Assembly (NCBI GenBank): GCA_964354585.1
Contig: CAYHAI010000102.1
Span: 1 to 53,774, forward strand
Direction of reading: 5' to 3'
DNA length: 53,774 nt
Source of the DNA: an uncultured Planctomycetales bacterium
GTDB taxonomy: Bacteria > Omnitrophota > Gorgyraeia > Gygaellales > Profunditerraquicolaceae
The stretch's first letter is position 1, and each line of letters starts with the position of its first letter. The notes under the pieces were generated by a model. It was not told where the DNA came from. It saw only the letters and a program-made list of their open reading frames with translations, and made no database searches. The translations under genes were made by a program, and so were the position numbers. Below, one piece after another: positions 39,001 through 51,000 of the stretch.

Positions 39001-42000
39001 ACTCTATCAATTCCTCGTCGACGTGTGACGTGTGACGTGTGACGTGTGACCCGATGACTTTAATCCCTTGCCTCAGTATCTCCAGCGCTGTATCAGCATT
39101 AGGCACATTTCCCTCAAAATACGCCCACGCCGGCAAGACCTCTTCCATAATCCTTCTGGCGGCTTGCTGAATATTTATCTGGCCTGCCTTATAGGCATCG
39201 TAGATATTCACAATCGCTGTATCCACTTCTTCCTCTGAGCCAACAGTGGGCGGGGTGATGTTGAGATGTTTAATTTCACTTGAAAGCGGCTGGCGGGCGA
39301 GGTCAAGGAGAGACTGCGGTACAATATTAAATAAACCGAACTCTGCCATCCTTACAAGGTCCCTTTGCGCCACAGTTCCCAATTCTAAGCTAAGCCCACC
39401 ATCGCTTTCACTTTCATCTATTATTCTTGCATTAAACTGAAATCCTCCTTGGCTAAGCTTTGTCATCTCTTCCCGAATCTCTTGCGCAGTTGCTTCCTTG
39501 CCGTTTAAGAAAAATTTCTTTATTCCGCTGGGTGGAATAGGGACAGAATTCTTACTCTGCTGCTCTGATGGCTGCTGCCCCTCTGGGCCGATACCGCTGT
39601 CCTTCGCAAAGGCGCAAAAACCATTGACATTCTTGCCTATATCAGGTATATTATTTTTATGGCGAAGAAGGGCAAAACTAAAAGCTTCCTTACTGCTTAT
39701 GCTCCTGATTGCCGCAAGCGCCACCAGCATGAGCGGGATAAAAATGAAATAGTAGAATTTGTGGTGCAATTGGAAGTCGTAGTAAAAGGCAGTTGGCAGC
39801 CCGTAATTAGATACGATACTACTCATGGATTTGCTCATTGCGACATCATTCATTATAGTGGAAAGACGGAAAAAGTAAGGATGCCCACTCTTGATTATAA
39901 AGAAGCGTTGACCTATGCTGATGAAGACCTGAATGAGAATTGGCAGACTTACCGCAATCGCTATTTTAAGGAGGTAATTAATGATTAATGAGAAATATTT
40001 TTGGGAACTACAACGAACTCTCTCTGCAGAATTTAGTAAGTATGTCCTCGCCCATCCAGAGATAGACGACCAAATACCGGATAATGCCCAGATAATCTTC
40101 CAACTTAAGGGTAATGCGGATTTTAATGCCTGGAGTAAAAAGATAAATCTCTCCCAAAGAGAACCAAGCCAACCACTGATTATCGTTGAGATAGATGACC
40201 TGGCGCCGCCCTTAGAATCAAGGCTGGTCAATCCCCACTTAGAGGTTGCTTTTAAGTAAGTTTGTCTTATTGTCCCCACCAAAACCACAGCTAATACTAA
40301 TGTCCCGATGCCCCACCCATAACTACTACTCTGCCCGCCAAAACCAAATCTGCCAAAACCCGCGGCAAGAGAAGGCGTAGCAGAAGCAAGAAGGATGCCG
40401 AAGATGAATATGAATAGGCCAAGAATTGTGCTTGAACCCGGCGAGTCTGTGGAGGAATGCCAAGGTTCCACATACCCTAAAGCTAAATTCAAAACTCGCT
40501 GAAAAATTACATTATAATAATCTGGTATCTCCTGAATTTTTACTTTATGAACATTTTCGGGTCCTACAGTAACAGTGCTGCCGTCTTTGAGTCCTAACGT
40601 AGCTGAAATCTCAAGTTCGTCACTAACACGTTGTGCCTCTTTTAAAGTATTAATAAATTTTTTCCAGAGTTCTCCATAGAAGAAAATGCCCCGATGTTCT
40701 TGGCTTAAAGAAATCATTGTGAAAATTGCTTGTGTAGTATACTGAAGTGAGTATAGAGTCTGGGCTTCTCCTTCTTTTATTCTTGCGATTAGCTCTTCTT
40801 CTGAAATAACTTCTCCTGTAATAAGATAAGATATTGTTGCAATACATGCCTGCCAATTTTTGAATACTCCAAAATCTAATGTTTCTGTATGTCCCTGCGG
40901 AGGTTCAAATCTCTTCTTCTTTGCATAGCTTAATGCCTCCTCTATAGTAAAATTAAGTTCAGTCATGCTGCTTAATCTGAAAAGAACAGTTAATGTGAAA
41001 GCAAATAAATTTTGCAAAAATTCTTCTCTTTTACTTAAATCAACGGTCCTGCTAAAGTAATCAGCCGCGTCAGATTCCAAAATCGGTTGGATTTGTTTAT
41101 GATAGATTTTTTGCAGGGCGGCTTTGGAGGGACGAAGCATCTGGGGAGAGCCTTGGAATTGGGCGAGGACGGGCATTAATAATTCGGCTTTCTTACGAAT
41201 GCCCTCTGGCACATAGTAAAGCGCATCTTTGCCGGTTCCGATGCGTTGCAATAAATGCAAATATAGCGCTAGCGCCCATAAATCATGCTCAATGGTTGCT
41301 GGCTTCACCTTTAAGCCCTCTGCTATTTGCTTTCGGCTGCGGGCTTTTTCTTCAGTTGTGATTTCCTTCTCGCAAAGCCAATCAAATACTCCCGGGATAG
41401 AGCCAGAGGGGGTGGTATCGGATTTTTCAACCAGCTGGTCATCAAAGCTTTTCATCGCCAGAGGATATTGTAGTTTTGAGAGCCACCCCGGTACACACAA
41501 ACGCCAAGTCTTTATCTTGCTACCTTCTCTGCCTAAGCGCACTTCTTTGATGTTCGCTAAACACTCAAGAAATCTACCTATGGCTAAACAATAATCCCTC
41601 ATTCTCCAGATTAACTTATCTGTCAATACCAATGAAGAGCCCTCCTGCAATAATACCACCACGTCTGTCCTTAAGGGATGATTTAGATTTCCTATATTGT
41701 GTATGGCTTCGTAATGGAGAGCTTTTAAAAGGATTTTTAGATTCTCATTCTTGCTTCCCTGGATTTCCCTATCAAAGCTTATCTGATTCAGTAAGTCACA
41801 GATATGCCTTGTTTGGTCATCCATTTCTTTTAAAATTTCTTTTGTTTTCTCTGAAAGCTCCTTTTCTGGAGATAGCTTCTCAATATTCGCTAGAATTGCC
41901 GCGATTATCGGCCCGAACTTTTCTTTCAGGATGCGCGCCTCGGCGTTGACTCGCTGGGCTGGGGTTTGGGTTTGTTTAGCCGGCGGTTGCCTGGCGAGTT

Positions 42001-45000
42001 CGCCGAGGGTTTGGGCAATTTTTTCGCCTGCCAACGGCAGCCTAATCGTAAATGTCGTGCCTTTGCCCTCTTCTGACTCCGCCGCAATGGTGCCGTTGTT
42101 TTTCTGGACTAATTCTCTGACAATTCCTAAGCCAAGGCCGTGGCCTTCGCCTTTACTGGAGAAAACAGCCCTGCCGCTGTTAAAGGCATCTACCTTATCT
42201 TGAGGCATACCGCTTCCCGTATCGCTGATCCTGATTTCAACAGCGTCTTCTGCGCTGCGAGTTTTTACTGTTACTGTGCCTTCGCTTTTCGACATAGCCT
42301 CGCAGGCGTTTCTGAGAAGGTTAATGAAAACTCTAAACAAGTCGCCTGCGTTTGTTTTTAGCAAAGATCCCCCTTGGGCATAATCTCTATGGATTTGAAC
42401 TTTCGCAAAAAGAGCTACTTCCGCTACCAAAGCGGCATCTAGCAACTCCTTGGGGTCAACCTCTTTTTCTTCTTGAGCAAATAGTTCTAAGGTGTTGGAC
42501 AAAATTAAAGATATGGCCTTAGTTCCATATTCAAAGAACCAAGCATCTTGAGCTATTTCTGGTTCTGGAAGACGATGCACTTCCCTACTTATTCTTGCAA
42601 TCTCTGAGTTTAATAAAGCGATTCTCTCAGGAGTGAGTATTTCTATCAATTCTTTAGCTGCCTCTACATAAGAAGATACATTTGGCCCTAAGTCGTCCTC
42701 GTTGTCGCATATTGTGTAAGCAGCATCCCTTAACTGCATTACTACCTCTTTACATCGTGTACAAAACGCCTTAATATTATCATCTGCGGTGTCTGATTTA
42801 ATCCAGCCTACGTTACCAGTCAGTATATTTAGCATGTTCATCATGTCGTGATGTATGGCCCCTAGTCTTCTTGCCAAACCGCCATTGTTTTGCGGTCCTA
42901 TCTCCCTCAAATCAACTCCGGCGGGTTGGGCTTGTCTTTTATCGCTACCGGGCGATTCAGTAATTTTCTTCAAAACAAGGATTCCTCTTGGAGTAAAATT
43001 GAGGTTGCCTTCGTCTATTCCCAAAAATTGCTTAGAAACCAAAGAAAAACCCGATTTTCTAAACAACCCCTCCCACTCCTCTATGTTTTTGAACGTAAAT
43101 GGGGCCTGCATATTTAGTCTCCCAAGCACGCTATTGTTTAACCAATCGCAAAAAGCTAAAACAGATTTTCTTTGACTATCACTAACTTTTAAGAATTTTG
43201 TTAACAGCCCACTTTTGTAAATAGGCTCAATTTCATTAGAAAATGTATCTTCCAGCACAATTAGTATGCCGCCCATTTTTAAGGCACGGTTTATATCGTT
43301 TAAAATATTTTCTTGGCCGCCTCTTTCAATATGATGAGACACATAGCTCAATACTGCCGTATCAACTATACCTGTATCTATTGGTACCTTATCTTTTTGT
43401 TGCTGCAACCTAAAATCTACTGAAGGATTAGATATGCTGAGTCTATTTTCCAAATCTGTGGCAATAACTTTTTCTACTTGGGTGCTGTTTTTCAGTATTA
43501 TTTCTGATAATAGGCCGTTTCCACAACCTATGTCGGCAACTAAAGAACCTGCTATAAACTCGCGAATTAGCCCAAACTTGTGTTCAGCTCGCCCTTTAGG
43601 ATCATATTTTTCAAATATTGAATTAAACTCTGAATTTAAAACGTACCTCTTAATAATAGAAAAAGCCTCTTCTTGATCCTCGTTTGTACACTGCTCTGAC
43701 AAAACATCTAACAAGCCTTTTATGGCAGGTTGTGAAATTCCAAGGCGTTCGAAACTATCGTAAAATGCAGCAGTTAAGAACGCCTTTGAAGCTGGATCGG
43801 AAAAAACTACAAGAGGGTTTATTGGACGCTCTGAGTCCGTCTTATCTTCTCCTTTTGAAGATCTGCCGCTCCCAAAAAGCCGAAACTCGCCATTCTCATA
43901 GAAAAGTTGGCGGGTTACGGCAAACCAGATTGCTTGCTTAATCTCTATTCTAATTTTTGGCATATCTGGAGCCATTTCATTTATAGCCACTATTTCTTCT
44001 ACGCCTTTAACTTGGAGCTGATGCAGCTTGACCAGGGCCTGCTCTTTTTTCATTAATTCATTTGCCGCCTGCAAAAGTTTCGGTAAAACAGGTTGTAGGC
44101 CTGCTTCCAAGTGAGAAATATATTGGAAGTGGAAAGGCTGGCGTGCAAGTTGCCTACCCAGGACTTGGCCAAATTTTTCTAGGCTAAGCCCTAATGCTTC
44201 GCGGACCTTCTTTAGTCTCTGGCCGGCTTTTTCTCGATACACTCGCCCTGCAGCAATCAAAAGCTTAGGTGGAACAACAAATCTTCCTGTCTCTAAGTCC
44301 CCAATATAATCTTCAGTGTAGGGTTTCTTGCGGTAAGGTTTCTTGCGCCTAAGTTGTGCTGCCAGCACTTGACCAAATTCTCTCTGGCTAAGGCCTAATA
44401 ATTCACGGATTGCCTTAATTCTTAAACCAGCTTGTTCTCGGTATAATTGCTTGGCAGCATGCAAAAGCTTCAATGGAACAACAGGTCTTCCTGCTGCTAT
44501 TTTAATAATATGTTTGGAAAAGGGGTTGCGCTCAAGCTGCTCACCCATGACCTTACCAAATTCTTCCCAGCTAAATCCTAACCGTAGGCGGATGTCATTG
44601 AGTTGCTTGCCCAATTTTTTTTGATTCTTCCGATACACTTGCTCTGCGGCATCCAGAAACTTCTGCAAAAACTTTATGGAGGCAGCAAATCTCCCTATCT
44701 CTAATTGAGCAATACAACCCCTGCTGAAAGGCCTATGGCGCTTAAGTTCTCTAGCAATAACTTTACCGAATTGTGTCTGTTCCATTCCTAACGCCCGGCG
44801 GATATCCCCTAATTTCTGGCCGACCCTCTTTCGATTCTCTTCAAATACTTGCTCTGCGGCATAAAGAAACCGCGGCGGAACAAAGTCTAAACCTTTTTCT
44901 AAACGAGAAATATACGCCCTGGTGTAAGGTTTCTTGCGTCCAAGTTTCTGAGCAAGGGCCCGGCCAAAATCTTCTAAGCTAAATCTTAGCGCCTGACGGA

Positions 45001-48000
45001 AAGCCCTTAATCTCTGGCCAGCCCTGTCTCGATACAACTGCTCTGCCGCTTTCAGAAGCCCTGCTGAAATATGACAGCCTCCTGCAAGATAGGAAACGAG
45101 TGCTTCGTTGAATTCTTCCTGAGTGAAGCCTAACAATCTACGGATTTCCTTTAGCCACTGGCCAGCTGTCTGAGCATTCACCACCTTCCCCTCAAAATAC
45201 GCCCACTCTTCCATAATCCTTCTGGCGGCTTCCTGTATAGCACATTCTATCCTTTCCCTTGCATTTATTGTGTAAGCGATAGAAAGGCCTGTTAACGGAT
45301 TCTTTTTCTCCCATTTCTTTAAGGTGGGCAAGGCTTCCCGAGCCTCCTTACCCATATCTCCTAACTTATTTAACATAAATTGGGCGGTCAAGTCATCAAC
45401 TTGAGGAATCTGGTCAAGAAGATAGCTTACTATATCCTTATATTTAATCTCACAGAGGAATTCAATAATACTGTCGCAGAAGCCTCCTTCGGTTTCTTCT
45501 CTATCTTTAAGTCTCTTAAACAATAAAGGAGCTGCCTGTTGCTTTACTTTCTCCTGAGCACCAGTAACTATTGCTATTGAACTATAACGAATATTATTAT
45601 CCTTATGCTCAATGGCGCTTATAAGCTCAGGAGTTACCTCTTCTAATAAATTGCCTATAGCGCTTGATAAGATTCCCGGATCCATATGTTCAGGTTGAAA
45701 CAGATGCTTAAATAATTCTCTTAACGCTGTGTCTCTATCATAAATACCAATCTGGCCTAAGGCTATTGCTGCTCTTGTCTGCTTACTTGTGCTACCAGTC
45801 TTCAGTACCTCAATAAATTCAGGTATTGCTCGGGCAGAGGCTTTTCCGCATTCTCGAAGAGAACTGGCAAAGCTCATCGTATTGGAAATGGGCTCTCTTT
45901 CATCCAAAATCCATCTGACTAAATCAGAAATATAGCCTCTGGTAACTTTGGGTCGGATAAGAACAGGCCCCTGTTGGTACGTACCCATTAGCTGTTGATA
46001 TTTTCCTTTCTCAGTGAGTCCGGGTATACGTAGCGTATTATTTATCCCTATATAAACTCCCCTTACGGTCGATAAACTTCGCATAACTTTATTAAGCAGT
46101 GACAGATTATCTTTCATGGATTTAATAAGCCCATCGGTTAACTTTTTAAAACTGAAAGCATCGTTTACAGCACAGGATATATCTCTTGAAATTATTCTTA
46201 TGTAAGGCCTTAAGGTTTCTTCAATGGCATCTAAAAGAAGAGCGCGATTTTGATTTTGTTCGTGGATTATTCGCTGCTCTAAGTCAAATAAGGCTTCTTC
46301 GGATGCCTTAAGTAAATCAGCCATATGAGTATCAATTTGTTGCAGTAGTCCTTTTTGATTTTCAGAGAGAGCTTGAGCAGATAACTGCTCTATTTTCAGT
46401 CCCACTTCCTTCATAATAGGTTTTATTCTTTTATGTAAAACTCGCGCCTCTCTCCTTACTCTCCAAACAGGCATCTCTTTTGCAACCGGAATTTCTTCTT
46501 TTTTCTCTCTGCCTATCTTTACAGGCAAACAGATAGTAAAGTCAGAACCTGGGGTGATACGCCTGCCCAACGCTATCCTCTCAACTATCCAAAGGCCCCA
46601 ATCTAATGCTGAAGCAACACTTAACATGAGGTCTTTCTGGTCTGCGCTATAACCATAATTTGGCTCACTTGAAGAAAATCCAGACAATGCCTTGTATGGC
46701 TGCCCGAGTAGCAACCATAAATTTTCCAAAGTCCCCGCTTGGCATCTTACCTCATAGATATCAAATGACTCCTGGAGCAATGTCCCTGAGGATTGCATTA
46801 AGTCAAATACATACTTTACCTCTTCCTTAGTAAAATGCTCGCCTTGGGCAGCAAGTTCTCTTAAGGCGTCTCTTAACTTACTCACTTCTTTATGGCACAT
46901 TGTATAAAGCCGATGGACATACTTCAGTCCTAACCTTCTTACTTCTTCCTCGCAAGACCTACAATACTCCGCGAAATCAGATATATCAGTTTTATCTTTA
47001 CCTACTTCTTGGATTTGTTCTTGGGTTAACGACTCCACCGCAATTGTGCCGCCGGCATCTTTTATAGCATACCATGCCTCGGTTAATCCTAAACCCGTGC
47101 CGCCTTCCCGCTGAGAAACGTTGAAGTTAAATATAAGGGGTCTCTGCATTATTGGGTCTATTTTTAATAATTCTTGAGGAATGCCTGGTCCGTTATCTGA
47201 AATAGTTATCTTGACTAAGCCTTTTTCTTCGACTAAAGTAACTATAACTTTTGCTTCTTCACCTTGTTCCGCATTGGCAAAATGTACAGCGTTATTTATG
47301 ATGTTGTCTATAGCGCTCTTAAGGGTTAGGCGATTTGATGAGGTTTCGCATGACGCGGCAATATTGTTTACAACTGTGACGTATCGCCTTTTTTGACATA
47401 TCTCAATAATTAATTCAACGATATCCTGGGCAGCATGAGGGGACACAGCAGTTGCTAGTTCTATACGGCTCTGCAATATCTCTATAATTTTACTTATATA
47501 GTTGGCTATTTTTTCAAATTGACTTACAAATAAATATTGCTTGGTTGAGGCGTCTCCCTGATAACAATAATCAAAATGCTTGCGCTTTTGTTCTATTTCG
47601 GTTATTTGCTTGCTTAGTCCCTCTGCAACTTGCTGTATGCTTTTTATATACTCTTGAGCCTCATCGGCTGTTAACTTGCCTTGCCTTGAAGATTCCCCCC
47701 CTTTTAAAATAATTTCTATTAGATTGCGCATTATATTGCCTGAAAAATTTTTGTCCACCTTGCTTAAATCTTCTCTCAGCTGTCCGGTAGATTCATTCAA
47801 ATTTAAAATTATATTCGCCAATTTCTGTTCAATGTTTGCTGAATATTGGAAAATATCGAATATTTTTCTGCCATGCCTCAAGCTTCTTATCGCCACTCCT
47901 GCGCGTTCTATTTTCTCTCTTTCCTCCGCCAGCGGCTGCCGGGCGAGGGCACCGATAAAGTCATGAGTAATAATACATATGGGGCTATCTGCATCTGTAT

Positions 48001-51000
48001 GGAGCGTATCTGATACGCCGCCAAAATTCGTTTTAGTTATTTGGCGATATCCTTCCTTAACAATATATCCCAAATAGATACGTAATTTTCTTTCTTCGCC
48101 GGGCTTCAAACGTAGAAAAATAAGGCCATTGGGTTTCAATAAGGAAAGTATGGGCGATCCCTGCTGCATTTGCTCTATTAAGCTAATCTCATACGGCGCC
48201 ATAATAAAAACAACATCAAACCTTTGCTGGTTTTCTTTGCTCGAAGCAAACTCTATCACATTTTGTTTAATTACTTCAGGGAAATTTTCCGGATGACGTT
48301 CAAACACTAACTTATCCACACTCAAGAACTCTTGGAATAAGCCGGGGTATCTACATTGCATATTTCTAGCAAAGTTTCCGGGGCCGGAGTATAGATCTAC
48401 AGCCGTAATCTTCTTGTTCTCTCCAAACCATTTCCGAATAAGTTCAGCGAAGTTAGAAGAATCTTCTAAAATCTTTGCTCTTTCATCAGTAGAAAGAGAA
48501 ACAGAAGACCCTTTATTTATGAGTTGCTGCTGGTTAGTATGGTTATTAACAGAACTCCCATACGCATCGCCTCCTCCCACCACCCCCGCCATTGCCCAAT
48601 ACCCTGCTGAACCGCCCAATCCCCCTATCCCCAACGCTTGAGTAAGAGGACACGAGAGTGAAACATCGGCGGGATAGAAAGTTTGACCTTGACTTATTAA
48701 TCTATTTATTGTATATATAATTACAGAGGTGATAAAAATGAGACTCAAAATTGTCTTAGAGAAAGGCGAAGATGGATATATTGTTGCCAGTGTCCCCTCC
48801 TTACCCGGCTGCCACAGCCAAGGCAAAACCGAGAAAGAAGCGCTTAAAAATATCAAGGAGGCAATCCTCTTATATTTAGAACCTAACCCCAAAGATATCC
48901 GCCCCGCTTCTAACCATAAAGTCCTTAGTCTGGCAATATGAAACCACCCCTGCTTTCGGGTAACGAAATTATCCGCGCCTTCCTGCGCGCCGGATACTTT
49001 AGAGTTGACCAACGCGGCAGCCACGTCAAGCTTTTTAAACCCACCAAGCAGATTACCCTTATTATTCCCAACCACCGAGAAGTTGACCGCTGGACGCTTA
49101 AAGGCATTCTTAAAGATGCTGAAATATCCGTAGAAGAATTCCTGAAGCTTCTCAGATAACCTTCCAAAGTTCTCTTTCTGAGTCATTATCCCCGCCAAAA
49201 CCGCAGCTAACGCTAACACCCCAATAATACCCACCCAATAACTACCGCCCTGCCCGACCAAACCAAATCTGCCAAAACCCGCGGCAAAACAATCCTGGGC
49301 GCTGGCAAGAAGGATGCCGAAGATAAATAGGCCAAGCCCAAGACCCGATTTTGAAGGCCCTCCTGGGGTGTCCCTTGCCGACAATGCTTCTTGTAACTGC
49401 TTAAATTTATAATTCATTACTGCAAGAGATTTGCTAAGGTCTTGATCCATTAACCTGAGGAATCCCAGTCTACGATTGAGATTATCCTGATATCTATTCG
49501 AGAAATATTTGAAGGCTCCATAGGATAGGTAGGGAATAATTATTGGTAAAGAATAAGCAATAATTACAGGCGAAAAGGAAACATCAGGTGATAAACAATA
49601 GAGCCAGATAAAAAGAGGGGTGGCAATGACGGCAAATATAGTAAGTATGGATAATATCTTCTTGGCTATCTCATCTATCAAATATAGTTTATCTACCACT
49701 GCGCGTTTCTCAAGAAGCCTTTCCAGCAATTGCTTATTTTTCAGATATCGTGCAACCAGGCCATCTTCAACTGTCTCTTTAGTGACAATCCCGAAAACCC
49801 CAGCCAGGCAAATTCCGCTTACTGGATGCATCCGCTGTCCCAGCCAGCGCAAGATATCCCATACCTGGCTGATGAGGCCTGCTTTAATCAGAAGGATCCC
49901 TAAGGTTATTATTCCGCAAATCAATAAAGCAAGGGAAATAATAAAACCAGATAAGTAAAGCTCTATTTCTTTTCCTTCGCTAACCAACCTCTTATAATAC
50001 GCCAGGTTATCCTCCCTCTGAATTAATTCCTTAGCCGGGACAAATCCTGGAATGGACCTTTCCTTGCCTTTATACACCACCAGAAGACCACAGAACTGGC
50101 TATCACACCCTCGGTAAGCAATTCCCGTAGGTATTACCGTAAGTTTCGGCCGCTGCTTGCCCTGCGTCAATAATGTTTGCAGTCGGGCTAACTCCGCTTC
50201 CTCACTGAAATCATTATTTTTAAACTTTCCACCCGCAATTATCGTCATCGCCAGATTCGTTCCCCAGATTCCCGCTCCTGCCACACCCAAAAGCTGACTA
50301 ATTTGATGCATAAGCGCTGCCTCGCCGCGCAGGAGCGCATCCAGCAAGAGGCCAAGGGTGAGGGTGGCTGCAGCCAAGAAGATTAAAATTAAAACCGAGG
50401 CGCTGCCAGTTACTCGGTTAAATAAACCCTTGGCGACTGGCTTTGGCCACCTTTCAGAATGCTTTTTAATTATTGGCCCCCATAATTCCTTATAATCCTT
50501 AACTTCTTGCAAAATAAACCGGAGAGCCTCGTCAATCTGCTCCAATGCCTTAAGCATCTCTTGAGTTACCCCAGGGGATGCGCCTAGCCAGTTCTCACTC
50601 ACGGTACTAATGGTAATGGTAAAATCCAAAACGCTATATTTACCTTTTACTATTATCTGTCTATGTTTTAAGAGTGTACCTATAGGTAAATAATCTGCCT
50701 TTATTTCTTTTATGGTGCATTTTCCGATAGTTTGATTGATTTTAAGAGATTTAGGTGCGGCTTTGGCGGAGGTGTCTTGAGATGACGGCGCAGGTTCTTC
50801 TACCAATGATTTATACCTGGGGTCTTTGGCTAAAAGTTGCAAATAGGCATTGTATTTTTCATCTTTAGCTATTCTGATATTCTTGATAATCAGTTTCTCA
50901 AAGTTGCTTATATCTTTGGGTTCACCTTCTTTATTAAGCGAAGGTTCAAGAACCTCACTTAACCACTTTTCGTTAATTCTATCAACTGCTTTTCCATCGG

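Noticed and set aside
30444-39050. CRISPR array or other spacer-repeat structure
   Set aside because: The repeats are 7-nt perfect tandems with no spacers and lie inside coding sequence. No 25-40 nt repeat/spacer periodicity is visible anywhere in the window.
48701-49111. Apparent in-frame stops (plus-strand cta at 48701-48703 and tta at 49109-49111) when I indexed this stretch by hand
   Set aside because: My hand indexing between about 48.66 and 49.14 kb is 1 nt out of step with the track's own coordinates and translations for hicB, hicA and 48925..49167(-). With the track's register the frame is open. A real stop here would have produced a minus-strand ORF of more than 1,500 aa in the track, and none is listed. 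This stretch still deserves a computational re-check.
54-49167. The six minus-strand ORFs in the track (54..245, 20560..20874, 24991..25182, 30513..30854, 40650..40856, 48925..49167)
   Set aside because: All are in the two minus frames that are out of phase with the giant ORF. They show no start signals and an odd composition, so they are out-of-frame shadows.
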